From an uncultured virus (IMG/VR IMGVR_UViG_3300047320_000352) (lineage: Duplodnaviria; Heunggongvirae; Uroviricota; Caudoviricetes): a stretch of 60,848 bases of DNA. Location: the IMG/VR virus record IMGVR_UViG_3300047320_000352. One strand, given 5' to 3'. Under the pieces are notes generated by a model. It worked only from the letters and a program-made list of their open reading frames with translations. It made no database searches and was not told the origin of the DNA. The translations under genes were made by a program, and so were the position numbers. Positions 49,144 to 58,081 of the stretch are shown here, in pieces (positions within the stretch are counted from its first letter, which is position 1; each line of letters opens with the position of its first letter).

Positions 49144-50210
49144 AGCGCAATTCCTTGTCGCGGGTCGTACAGCCTGTCATGGGACAGGTCCATCGGGACG
49201 AACTTGCGCGGGCCGAACGCCTCGATGAGAACGCGCGACTGCCAGTCCTTGTAAGTGGCCACCGCGCTCTGATGCGTGCTCAGCTGAAGCCAGTCGACCA
49301 GGGCGGCCGGAACAGACGCGTCCTTGGCCAGCCGAACACCGGTTGAGTCGCCGAGCAGCTCACGCCCGAGCGCCTGAATCATTTCCATGTCCGTGCGGGT
49401 GTCGCCGACCTTCTTCTGGAGCACGGCTGGCGGCGCGCACAGCATCATTCGTTGCGAGGCCGCCTTCATCGGAGCGCCCAGCGGCGTGGCAAACCACCAG
49501 CCACCAAAGAGGTGAGCGGTGTGCTCCTCCGGCGAAATGAAGACCGTGTCCGGGCCGATAGCGTTGTGCGAGACCTTGCCTTGAATCTCGAGGTAGCAGG
49601 CGATGTTCAGCAAGCGGCTGAGGACCCACGCGACATGCGCGGCAGGCATCTTTCCCTTGTAGAACTCGAGCACGTCCTGAAGGAGCATCTCCTTGGCCGT
49701 TTTCTTGAGGACCAGCATGGCGCCGGTCGCCGTTTCGACCTTCTTCACCACTTCCGGGAAGTAGCGCGAGAACTCCTTGCGCATCGGGTCGTTGGCGTAG
49801 GACAGGCGCGCGATGCTGCGTTGCGCGTCGTCGAGCAGGTCCAGGTTGTCGGTGGAGATGTCGAACGCCACTACGGTGCGGCCGACGTACATCGTTCCAA
49901 CCTCGAGCGCCACCTTGCGTGAGAAGCGCAGCTCAAACTGCGTTCCGTCCGTGCCGCGGATGGCGAGCAGTCCCGGTGTCTCCCACGTGCCTTCGGCGGC
50001 CTTGCGCTTGGCCGCTTTGTTCAGCTTCTTGAGCCGGTCGAACACGTCCCATCCGCGTGGACCGGAGCCGTGGTCAGGATGCCACCTCATGAAAAGCTTG
50101 CGAGCTTCCTTCTCCGCCGCCGCCGCGCTCGAAAACAGACGCTCGGGCGCATCTTCAGGGATGGCCAGGATTTCGTCAGCAGTGAGGGCGGTTTGGTCGG
50201 CTTCGGTCAT
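49140..50210 (-). CDS. J-domain (HPD) fused to a degenerate protein-kinase-like domain
   Basis: ARKLFMRWHPDH; catalytic-loop equivalent SHNAIGPDTVFI; LFGGW in place of DFG. Confidence 0.75.
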   Translation of the reverse strand: MTEADQTALTADEILAIPEDAPERLFSSAAAAEKEARKLFMRWHPDHGSGPRGWDVFDRLKKLNKAAKRKAAEGTWETPGLLAIRGTDGTQFELRFSRKVALEVGTMYVGRTVVAFDISTDNLDLLDDAQRSIARLSYANDPMRKEFSRYFPEVVKKVETATGAMLVLKKTAKEMLLQDVLEFYKGKMPAAHVAWVLSRLLNIACYLEIQGKVSHNAIGPDTVFISPEEHTAHLFGGWWFATPLGAPMKAASQRMMLCAPPAVLQKKVGDTRTDMEMIQALGRELLGDSTGVRLAKDASVPAALVDWLQLSTHQSAVATYKDWQSRVLIEAFGPRKFVPMDLSHDRLYDPRQGIAL

Positions 50211-50223
50211 GTCCAGTTAGTTC

Positions 50224-50244
50224 TTAGTTGCGATTTACGAATAA
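50224..50244. promoter_or_regulatory. Putative NrtR operator
   Basis: Minus strand TTATTCGTA-AAT-CGCAACTAA; 19/21 identical to the nadV site, same position relative to TATACT. Confidence 0.75.
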
Positions 50245-50370
50245 GTATAGGTGAGCCATTGGGTGGAATGCAAGACCTTTCGTTCCTCCGGAATACCGGA
50301 TGTCAAATCGAGCGCATGGTTGGCCAAATACGTAAATAACAGTATACTATATAACGATGGAGAGAAGCGA

Positions 50371-50871
50371 ATGTTTGAACCAATGGCGGCCGCGACTCGC
50401 GCGATTCAGTTGGCGCGCGCCGGCACACCCCTATATTTCGAAGATGGACCAGTCGGAGACATCGAACGCGATGCGCTCGCCGAAGGTCTGCCGCTTTGGC
50501 TCGAGGCCAAGGCAGGGCATCTGTATCTCGCTGCAAATGCTTCGTGGCCCGGCCTGTTCAAACTCGGATGCACCCGTCGGAGCATTGCGTCACGCATGCG
50601 TAGCTTGAGCGGCGCCGGAGTTCCGACACCATGGGTGGCGGCACATACCTGGACTGTGCACGACGCCCATGGGCTGGAAGCGCTGGTGCATCGGGAGTGC
50701 GAGCAGTGGCGCGTCGAAAAGGAACTGTTTCATGCGCCGGTGACAACTCTAATTGCGACTGTTGATTCAGTTGTCGCTCGAGAACGCGAAGCCCTCACAA
50801 AAGAGCTGTCGTTATACCTTCCTCAGAAATTCATGGGGAGCCTGCAGCCGCTTACGGATGAGCAAATATAG
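50371..50871 (+). CDS. T5orf172/GIY-YIG-like domain protein
   Basis: GHLYL…PGLFKLGCT…R…L…LE..VH…ELF. Confidence 0.8.
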   Translation: MFEPMAAATRAIQLARAGTPLYFEDGPVGDIERDALAEGLPLWLEAKAGHLYLAANASWPGLFKLGCTRRSIASRMRSLSGAGVPTPWVAAHTWTVHDAHGLEALVHRECEQWRVEKELFHAPVTTLIATVDSVVAREREALTKELSLYLPQKFMGSLQPLTDEQI

Positions 50872-50876
50872 CCGAT

Positions 50877-51365
50877 ATGAACAAGTCGATGTTTTGGCCG
50901 CCCCTGGTGATGTTGGCCATTATGGCCGCGATTTTTGCCTTTGCTGAATGGCATCCGACATATCGGGTGCCACCTGCGGAAAACTTAAAAACAGTGCAGG
51001 GTGTGCTGTCGCAGAAGTTGGGAAACTGTGGCCGCGGCGGGGGCTGTATGCAATATTTTGTGGTGGAGCCTGACGGAGGTCAGCTCACGTTTCGATGCAA
51101 TTTCCGCTTGTGCGTCAGCTCAGATATAGACGCCTATTTCGGAAAGAATGTTCGTGCCACCGTGGATGTGAAACATCCGGACCGTCTTGTTAAGCTATCC
51201 GGCGCTACTGACAACCGTGATATTTTCTCGTACGCCGACGCGGAGAAAGTGTATTCCGACAACAAGGTCGGGACTCGGTGGTTAAACATCAGCCTTATCT
51301 CGCTGTTGCTTTTGCTCTTGACTCTGCCGCCGAAGCGGCTGCCCAGAAGAGTTAGCCGACGGTGA
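50877..51365 (+). CDS. Membrane protein, low GC
   Basis: TM segments at both ends. Confidence 0.65.
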   Translation: MNKSMFWPPLVMLAIMAAIFAFAEWHPTYRVPPAENLKTVQGVLSQKLGNCGRGGGCMQYFVVEPDGGQLTFRCNFRLCVSSDIDAYFGKNVRATVDVKHPDRLVKLSGATDNRDIFSYADAEKVYSDNKVGTRWLNISLISLLLLLLTLPPKRLPRRVSRR

Positions 51366-51423
51366 TTAGCCATTGAAAAAGCCCAGCAAACTGCCGGGCT
51401 TTTGAGGGTACTGATAGGCTAAA

Positions 51424-52074
51424 TCAGTTGAGTACTGTATGCGCCAGAACCATTGCAGCGGGGGCCGCAAGCTTCACACCGAAAATCCCGAGCATGCCAC
51501 CAGAAACGGTCTCCATCTTTCTACGCTGGGTTGCATAGAACTGCATCACGAGCTTGGTCGTGAATACTGCCACGATACCGCTACGCATACCGGCGCTTAC
51601 GATTGCGACGCCGACAACGCGGCAGATAGCTTCACGAAGGTCGGGCGAAGAGGACGCGGAACCGATGAATAAAGTTGAAAAAAATAGTATCGCTTGGGCA
51701 TTGAAAGCACCCGCAGTGAAGCCCAGCCGGTAGGCTAGGCTCAACGAGAGGTTGCCGGACGTTTTCTTGGCTTCCTGCGGCAGTTGAACCGCTTTCTGCT
51801 TAAGAACGAGACGCAGACCGCTATAGATGAACCACATCCCACCGAAGAGCGAAATCGCTTTTACGAGCAGAACGTTTTGCGATACCAGGGCAGCGAGCCC
51901 AGCGGTTGCCATCGCGGCGAACATGGTGTCGGCACTGGCCAGTCCGAGTGCGATGAAGAGGCCAGAACGGCGGCCGTGGGACATCGCGTTCGAGACGGTG
52001 AGCACAAAAGATGCGCCCGGCGTCATCACGTTTACTGCGAACAAACCAAGCATCACAAAAAATGCAAACGACAT
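51424..52074 (-). CDS. LysE/RhtB family translocator
   Basis: TPGASF…GRRSG…ALG; multiple TM. Confidence 0.88.
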   Translation of the reverse strand: MSFAFFVMLGLFAVNVMTPGASFVLTVSNAMSHGRRSGLFIALGLASADTMFAAMATAGLAALVSQNVLLVKAISLFGGMWFIYSGLRLVLKQKAVQLPQEAKKTSGNLSLSLAYRLGFTAGAFNAQAILFFSTLFIGSASSSPDLREAICRVVGVAIVSAGMRSGIVAVFTTKLVMQFYATQRRKMETVSGGMLGIFGVKLAAPAAMVLAHTVLN

Positions 52075-52314
52075 TGCTGTATTTCCTTATCCAGATATTT
52101 GGCCACATAGCCGAGTTGTGTCAAATCGACATATCGGTATAGGCCGAGACCCGCGCCCAGATTGGGTCTCCAGGCAATACGCGCGGAAAAGTCGGAAAGT
52201 CAGGAGTGGGCGGCCGCGGTCACTCGCACGGCCCCACCGGTTCGGACAGGTTTCCGGGTATGCGCCGACGGATTGCTCCTATACGACTACAGGAAATAAC
52301 AACAGGAGCATTCC

Positions 52315-54078
52315 ATGAACAATTTAAATTCGACCAACATGCACGCACTCACGCTTCAGGCGCACTTTGATTACAGTTACGTGCCGCGCACGGGAGACAA
52401 CGCTGAAGGCGCCGATGTCACGGTGGCCTTCGCGACGGACTTCAACACGGCCGGCGAAAAGCTCACGAAGCGTAAAGCAGGACCTCGCTATATCGGTATT
52501 CCCTTCGGGATTGATGTTTCCGAGGCGGCGGCGCGGCTTGTGGCGTTCATTGTCGGACGCAATGGCAGCACGCTGAACGTGGCGGGCAACGGCATCTACA
52601 CGCTCACGGAGCACGGTGTCAATCAGGAGCGGGCCAATGCGTGGGTGCACAGCGTTCTCGCGGCGGTATCGCGAGGCGTGAAGCTCACGCTCGTTCGCTC
52701 AGGCGGGCAGACGGGCATCGACCAGGCTGGCCTGGTGGCGGCCCTCGCGCTTGGCATTCCTGCACTGGGCTACTACCCGGCGCGCTTTCGTCGACGCAAC
52801 GCGCAAGGCACGGAAGTGACGGCTACAGCCGCCGCGATTCGTGCCGAGCTCGAGGTGCAGGCTGACGCGCTGAAGAAGAGCAAAGGCTGGGACTTTCACC
52901 AGGACGGGTCACTGCCGACCGAACTCGAGAAGCAGGTCTTCGTGTTCGGCTCTAACCTGGCCGGACGTCACGGCAAGGGTGCTGCGGCTGTCGCCAAGGA
53001 GCAGTTTGGCGCGCAGCCAGGTGTTGGTCCGGGGCGTCAGGGTCAAAGCTACGGCATCCCCACAAAGGATGGTCGGCCGCTGCCGGGAATGGAGCGTCCA
53101 TCGTTCAACGACCCGAAGCAGACCCTCTCCCTGGCTGCCATCAAGCCCTTCGTCGACGATTTCATCGAGTATGCGAAAGCACATCCCGATGAGCAGTTCT
53201 TCGTCACGCGTGTCGGTTGCGGTCTGGCCGGCTACGAAGACAAGGAGGTCGCGCCGATGTTCGCCGCGGCACCTTCGAACTGCAGCTTTCCGGAAGACTG
53301 GAAGCCGTGGCTCTCGGAGGCTCAGGACGCGCCGAAGGTCGCGCAAGCCATCAACATCTGGAGCGGTGCTTCGGGGTTGGGCGGCGCGCTGACCAACATG
53401 TCGGAGCGGGCGCGGGAGAAGGGCGGCATCAAGCACTCGTATCCCGTGAAGGTCAATGGTGTGACTTACCCTGATTCCGAGGCGGCCTATCAGGCGCTGA
53501 AGGCTCCGGGTGAGGACGATTACAACGACGGCCTGATGATTGACCTCATCGCGCTGAAGTTCGTCCAGAACACCAAGCTGTATGACCTCGTGACGAAAAA
53601 CGGTGGTGTGGCATGGCTGGAAAAATGCAGTCATTTCACGCAGGCTAAATCGGAGCGGTTCCAGGCCTGGGAAGGTCAGGGACACGGGTCCCGGTTCATC
53701 CGGAACCTGATTCACGGCTACGTGAAGGCAAAGACCGGCCGCGGTCCCGTTACCCGGGTCGTGCATGTGAAGGAGGCTCCGTTTGACGTCTATATTGGGC
53801 GCCAGATGGGTTCGGACTACCCGCACTCCCCGTGGCATAACCCGCACAAGGTCGACAGCTCTCGCTCGCGCAATACGGCCGTCGCAGACTTCGCCGAAGA
53901 CTTTTCGGGCAACCAGGAGTTACAGGCTGACGTGTACCTGCTTAAGGGCAAAACCCTGGGCTGCTGGTGCAAGGACCGCTCTGATGTCAACCGGCTATGT
54001 CACGGCGATGTGCTTGCCGCGCGCGCAGACGGGCGAGAATGGGTCGCTCCGCAAGAAGCTCAAGGCTGTCTGTTCTGA
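52315..54078 (+). CDS. Four-domain fusion: YpsA/SLOG-like + phage macro-like + truncated NADAR-like + DUF4326
   Basis: SGGQTGID; FVFGSNLAGRHGKGAA…TRVGCGLAG; YPDSEAAYQALK; DVYIGR…WHNP…LGCWC…CHGDVL. Confidence 0.75.
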   Translation: MNNLNSTNMHALTLQAHFDYSYVPRTGDNAEGADVTVAFATDFNTAGEKLTKRKAGPRYIGIPFGIDVSEAAARLVAFIVGRNGSTLNVAGNGIYTLTEHGVNQERANAWVHSVLAAVSRGVKLTLVRSGGQTGIDQAGLVAALALGIPALGYYPARFRRRNAQGTEVTATAAAIRAELEVQADALKKSKGWDFHQDGSLPTELEKQVFVFGSNLAGRHGKGAAAVAKEQFGAQPGVGPGRQGQSYGIPTKDGRPLPGMERPSFNDPKQTLSLAAIKPFVDDFIEYAKAHPDEQFFVTRVGCGLAGYEDKEVAPMFAAAPSNCSFPEDWKPWLSEAQDAPKVAQAINIWSGASGLGGALTNMSERAREKGGIKHSYPVKVNGVTYPDSEAAYQALKAPGEDDYNDGLMIDLIALKFVQNTKLYDLVTKNGGVAWLEKCSHFTQAKSERFQAWEGQGHGSRFIRNLIHGYVKAKTGRGPVTRVVHVKEAPFDVYIGRQMGSDYPHSPWHNPHKVDSSRSRNTAVADFAEDFSGNQELQADVYLLKGKTLGCWCKDRSDVNRLCHGDVLAARADGREWVAPQEAQGCLF

Positions 54079-54212
54079 TTTAACCCGAGCTCACGCTCTC
54101 TCAAGCCCTCTGCTACCCAGCGGAGGGCTTTTTCATTTGTAACAGCACCTCCTCCGTAGTTGCGTAATGACCATTTCATGGTATATTAATTCATCATCTA
54201 TGAAGGAATGCC

Positions 54213-54692
54213 ATGGAACTGTCGTCGCCCATCGACGCGGTAGCCAGTGCGGTGCATCACGCCGCGCACCTGGGTTTGCCGGACGTCCAGTATCTCACAC
54301 GCGATTTCGACGCCGCCCGTAACTGGACCGCGGCGCAGCTCGCTGAAGCAACACGAAACAACACCTATCCGCAGAAAAAGACGGCCCGTCGCCCGGCAGT
54401 GCACGAATGCGAAGTGCACGCGATGTTCGCCCAGACCTGGGGCTCCACGGCCCTGGGCTTCGGTGGTATCGGCGGCGCGGCCATGACACCGGCCTACACC
54501 GTGATTATCCGCGGTCCTGATGGCCATCTAGCCGTCTACTTTGGCACGCGGCTCGCGTATGTCGTCGACTGGAACACGCAAACCGATGCGCAGCGCAAGG
54601 CGTTCGATGAAGACCTGGCCAAACGCTGGGTGGTCAACGTCATAGAAGCCGCCAGCCGCTATGGGGCGGTCGAGGCGCGCCGCCGTGGCTGA
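54213..54692 (+). CDS. Hypothetical phage-type protein
   Basis: FAQTWGSTALGFGGIGGAAMTPAYT; AAGGA RBS. Confidence 0.75.
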   Translation: MELSSPIDAVASAVHHAAHLGLPDVQYLTRDFDAARNWTAAQLAEATRNNTYPQKKTARRPAVHECEVHAMFAQTWGSTALGFGGIGGAAMTPAYTVIIRGPDGHLAVYFGTRLAYVVDWNTQTDAQRKAFDEDLAKRWVVNVIEAASRYGAVEARRRG

Positions 54693-54987
54693 GCTGCCGC
54701 TTGTCATCTGCGTAGCGCCGGATGCCGACGCTGCCGCGGTAGCAGCAATGCTGGCTGAGCGCTTCAAGGACGTGGCGCGCGTACAGGTCGTGACGCACAT
54801 CGCCGAGATACCAGCGGACCTCCGCGCGCAGTCGGATGTTTTTCCGACTCTGCCGTCGGACGTGTTCGAACTCGTGCCTCAGTGGCCACAGGACTGTCCG
54901 GAACTCGTAACGCTCGAGCGACCGGCCACAACCGCGGGCTACGGTCCGCCGCGCCGCGGCAGGAAGGGCAAGCCGCTGCGCTGGTAA
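54685..54987 (+). CDS. Hypothetical protein
   Basis: GTG overlapping the upstream stop. Confidence 0.55.
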   Translation: MAELPLVICVAPDADAAAVAAMLAERFKDVARVQVVTHIAEIPADLRAQSDVFPTLPSDVFELVPQWPQDCPELVTLERPATTAGYGPPRRGRKGKPLRW

Positions 54988-55041
54988 CGGCACCGAAGAG
55001 CATTTTTTCATATACCAGTTTCAACCCCCTCAAGAACAACC

Positions 55042-55524
55042 GTGATTGACTTCAACGCGATAAGTGACCGGCACCACGCCTGGGTCGAGCGCATGGGCTG
55101 GCACAACAAGACTGTGCTGGAGAGCCTTTCGCTCATTGCCTCCGAAATCGGAGAAGCCGCCGGCGAATGCCTCGGCGTAATCAATGTCTCGAAGTTCGGC
55201 GAAGAGCTGGCCGACATCATCCTGCGCTGCACGGACCTCGCCAAGACCGAGGGCGTGAACCTCAGCGTCGAGGTCGCCAAGGCCCGCTTCGAATGGGTGG
55301 GGCTCACGGCGCTCGAGCGCCTTTCCGAGGTTCTCGTCGACTACGCCAAATGGAGCAACACCGCGCGCAAGCCACAGCTTGGCCCGGACTTCGGTGAAGC
55401 CATGGGCCGCGTAGTCGCGCGCGTCATCGACATCGCCGAGACCTACGGCATCGACCTGCACAAAGAAGTGCAACTCAAGTTGGCAAAGAACGAAGTAAAC
55501 GGCACGCGTGGCCGCCCCATCTGA
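55042..55524 (+). CDS. MazG-like nucleotide pyrophosphohydrolase
   Basis: SEIGEAA…EELADIILR; second degenerate repeat. Confidence 0.8.
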   Translation: MIDFNAISDRHHAWVERMGWHNKTVLESLSLIASEIGEAAGECLGVINVSKFGEELADIILRCTDLAKTEGVNLSVEVAKARFEWVGLTALERLSEVLVDYAKWSNTARKPQLGPDFGEAMGRVVARVIDIAETYGIDLHKEVQLKLAKNEVNGTRGRPI

Positions 55525-55535
55525 AGGAGTCTCAC

Positions 55536-56186
55536 ATGCAAAAAGTAGTTGGATTGGTGGGCCTTCGCGGCTCGGGCAAGGACACGGCTGCCGGGTTTCT
55601 TGTCGCGCAGGGCTGGCATCGCATCGCGTTCGCAGATGCCCTCTACCTCGAAGTCGCCAACACGTTCGGCGTAACGCTCGAGTTTCTGTCGCGCCGGGAA
55701 ACGAAGGAAACGCCGCTGCCAGAGCTGGCGCTTGTGAACTGCAAGGACCAGCTCTTCATCGCGGTCATGCTGTCGATTGCAGGCCTGCGCCTTGGCCACG
55801 ACACCCGCAAAATTACGGCCTTCCTGCGCAAGCCGCGTAGCCCGCGGCAAATCATGCAGTACTGGGGCACGGAGTACCGTCGCCAGACATTGCGCGACGA
55901 TTACTGGCGCGCGCAGGTCGCAGACTTCATTCACGCCCATCCGACGTGGAACTTCGTCATCACCGACGTGCGCTTCCCGGACGAGGGTAAGCTGGTCGAA
56001 GGCGAGCTCAAGGGCGAGCTTGGCCGTATCAATCGCCCGGAGCTACCCGGCTCGAACGACAAGGCGCTGATGCACTCGTCCGAAGTCGCCATGCTCTCGT
56101 ACCCCATCAAGAAGGAATTCACCAACGAAGAGGGCGTCGCGGGACTGGCCCGCTTCCGCCGCGAAGTGCTTCGCGCCTTCCACTAA
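55536..56186 (+). CDS. Phage-type deoxynucleoside monophosphate kinase
   Basis: GLRGSGKDT, FADAL, SPRQIMQYWGTE, ITDVRFPDE, HSSE motifs. Confidence 0.9.
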   Translation: MQKVVGLVGLRGSGKDTAAGFLVAQGWHRIAFADALYLEVANTFGVTLEFLSRRETKETPLPELALVNCKDQLFIAVMLSIAGLRLGHDTRKITAFLRKPRSPRQIMQYWGTEYRRQTLRDDYWRAQVADFIHAHPTWNFVITDVRFPDEGKLVEGELKGELGRINRPELPGSNDKALMHSSEVAMLSYPIKKEFTNEEGVAGLARFRREVLRAFH

Positions 56187-56297
56187 CGCAGGTTCCCGAG
56201 CCCACCCGCGCGGTGGGCTTCTTTTTGATGTAAGCAAGTTGTCACTTACGGGCCTAATCAGTATACTAAGCCTTACAGCACTACCCTTGGTCCATCC

Positions 56298-56705
56298 ATG
56301 TTCAACCTCAATCAACCGAATACCGGCAGGCCGGCGCACATCTCAGGCGCGAACCAGTCATCCCAGTTTCTACAGGCCGCAAAGGCCTTGCCGTGCTGGC
56401 GCACCATGCCTTACCGGTCCGTCGAAGTGTCGTTCCCGGAAGGCAGTTGCTTCCAGCTGCGCGCCTCGGACCTTGCCATCAAAGCCACCAGCCGCATCCT
56501 GATTCCCGGCGGCGAGCCCATGATGCATCTCCTGGTGCAGGTGGTACCCCTGCTACGCGAGCGCCCCGAGTTCCTCATCGAAGTCGCATCCGGGCTGAGC
56601 TGGCCGGAGCTGAGCGAGCTGGCCTGCGATGCATTCTGGCGCTCCCCTTGCACCGTGCTGGCACAGCAGTTCGGCAGGAAAGCGAAGCTTAGCCTGCACG
56701 CTTGA
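56298..56705 (+). CDS. Hypothetical protein
   Basis: ORF downstream of TTGTCA…TATACT. Confidence 0.55.
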   Translation: MFNLNQPNTGRPAHISGANQSSQFLQAAKALPCWRTMPYRSVEVSFPEGSCFQLRASDLAIKATSRILIPGGEPMMHLLVQVVPLLRERPEFLIEVASGLSWPELSELACDAFWRSPCTVLAQQFGRKAKLSLHA

Positions 56706-56723
56706 CACGTATTGCAAGAACGC

Positions 56724-56752
56724 TTGACAGTTAACTATTAAATCCATATAAT
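56724..56752 (+). promoter_or_regulatory. Perfect sigma70 promoter
   Basis: TTGACA-17 nt-TATAAT. Confidence 0.85.
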
Positions 56753-56757
56753 GTGAA

Positions 56758-56882
56758 ACATGAATTCGGTAAGTTAACTGGTTTTCCTCCGTGGTCGGCA
56801 ACGACTAGGTCAACAGGATTGAGCAGGGTGCTCTCCTTGCGACTTTCGCCCGATGAGTGTTGAGCTCATCGGGCTTTTTTTT
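56758..56882 (+). ncRNA. Putative small RNA (~125 nt)
   Basis: ORF-less span between promoter and terminator; GCAA-tetraloop hairpin; anti-SD motifs. Confidence 0.7.
56848..56882 (+). terminator. Intrinsic terminator
   Basis: GCCCGATGAG-N7-CTCATCGGGC followed by T8. Confidence 0.85.
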
Positions 56883-56884
56883 GC

Positions 56885-57172
56885 CTAGACCGCCTTGCCG
56901 TTCTTCACCTTTGCCTTGAATGCGCTGCCCGCGGTGAACTTCGGCGCCGTCGAGGCTGGAATCACCAAAGCCTCGCCGCTGTTGGGATTGCGCCCGGTGC
57001 GCGCGGCGCGACTCGTGCGCGAAAACGCACCGAACCCCACGACGTTGACCTGCCCGCCGGCGGCGACCGTGTCGCTGATGGACTCGAACACTGCGTCGAC
57101 GACTGCCGCGACGACCTTGGTGGATTGACCGGTCTTCTCCGCGACCTGCGCGACCAATTCAGATTTGTGCAT
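56885..57172 (-). CDS. hup: HU family DNA-binding protein
   Basis: MHKSEL…GFGAF…RAARTGRNP…PKF. Confidence 0.95.
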   Translation of the reverse strand: MHKSELVAQVAEKTGQSTKVVAAVVDAVFESISDTVAAGGQVNVVGFGAFSRTSRAARTGRNPNSGEALVIPASTAPKFTAGSAFKAKVKNGKAV

Positions 57173-57293
57173 GAAAATCTCCTTGCATCACTTGGACTGT
57201 TAACGATGTTAGTCGTTGACGCATATGTATCACGAGACCACGCGCTATACAAGAATGCAGTGGTTTTCGCTGCTTCTACGAGAGGAAACAGTT

Positions 57294-57419
57294 ATGTTCA
57301 ATGATGATTACGGTGTGGATGTGAACGCTTTCGTTGCAACGCTCGACCGCCGTGAAGCGGCCCAAGCAGCGTTCGAGGATGCGGACACCGACAATAATCA
57401 CGAAGACGACGACGAATAA
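57294..57419 (+). CDS. Small, highly acidic protein (41 aa)
   Basis: GAGGA RBS; terminator downstream. Confidence 0.55.
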   Translation: MFNDDYGVDVNAFVATLDRREAAQAAFEDADTDNNHEDDDE

Positions 57420-57486
57420 CGTCTCCAGTCGCCAAACTCTCCCAGAACCCTCCCGATTTTCGGAGGGTTCTTTTTTTGTCCGTGCG

Positions 57487-57936
57487 TCAGACGTTGAACC
57501 GTTCTCGGCAGGCCTGGACCGCTGTCACAGCCTCATCCGGAAGGCCGGCTGGCAGCTTGGCCACCCGTGCCGAGAACGCCGCCAGCGACCGCGGAGCACA
57601 GCCCTCTTCGAGCAGCGCCGCGAATCCTGCGCTTTCGCCATGCAGGTGCAGCTCGTCAAAGTTGCCATCGGAGTCCAGCTCGAACCACGCCAGGTCTACA
57701 AGGGTGCACTCGAGCGCGCGACATACGGCTTCCGCGTAGTCCAGCGCGCCATTGGTAACGCTGACACCCGGGTTTTGCGGGTGGTCGGCCAGCAGACACC
57801 AGCCCAGGCCACCGCTACGAGCGATGACAGCCGTCACGCCTGGTCGCCCGCTGTGCGCGCCGTCGAGTCGCACGTTGTGCCGTATCGGCGCCGCAATGTT
57901 TTGTCGCAAAAAGTGCTGTATCGAAACTGTCGGCAT
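57487..57936 (-). CDS. Hypothetical protein
   Basis: AAGGAGG RBS; GVSVTN motif. Confidence 0.75.
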   Translation of the reverse strand: MPTVSIQHFLRQNIAAPIRHNVRLDGAHSGRPGVTAVIARSGGLGWCLLADHPQNPGVSVTNGALDYAEAVCRALECTLVDLAWFELDSDGNFDELHLHGESAGFAALLEEGCAPRSLAAFSARVAKLPAGLPDEAVTAVQACRERFNV

Positions 57937-58081
57937 GAAGCCCTCCTTAACGGAAAGTCTATCACGATGGTGGGCCAGTTGAGCCTATACAAAGAGCAGG
58001 CAATATATATCGTGAAATGCGCGTTTACATAGATGGCAGTCGCTGTCGATGTCTGCACGCGCGAAAAATACGGAGTGAATC

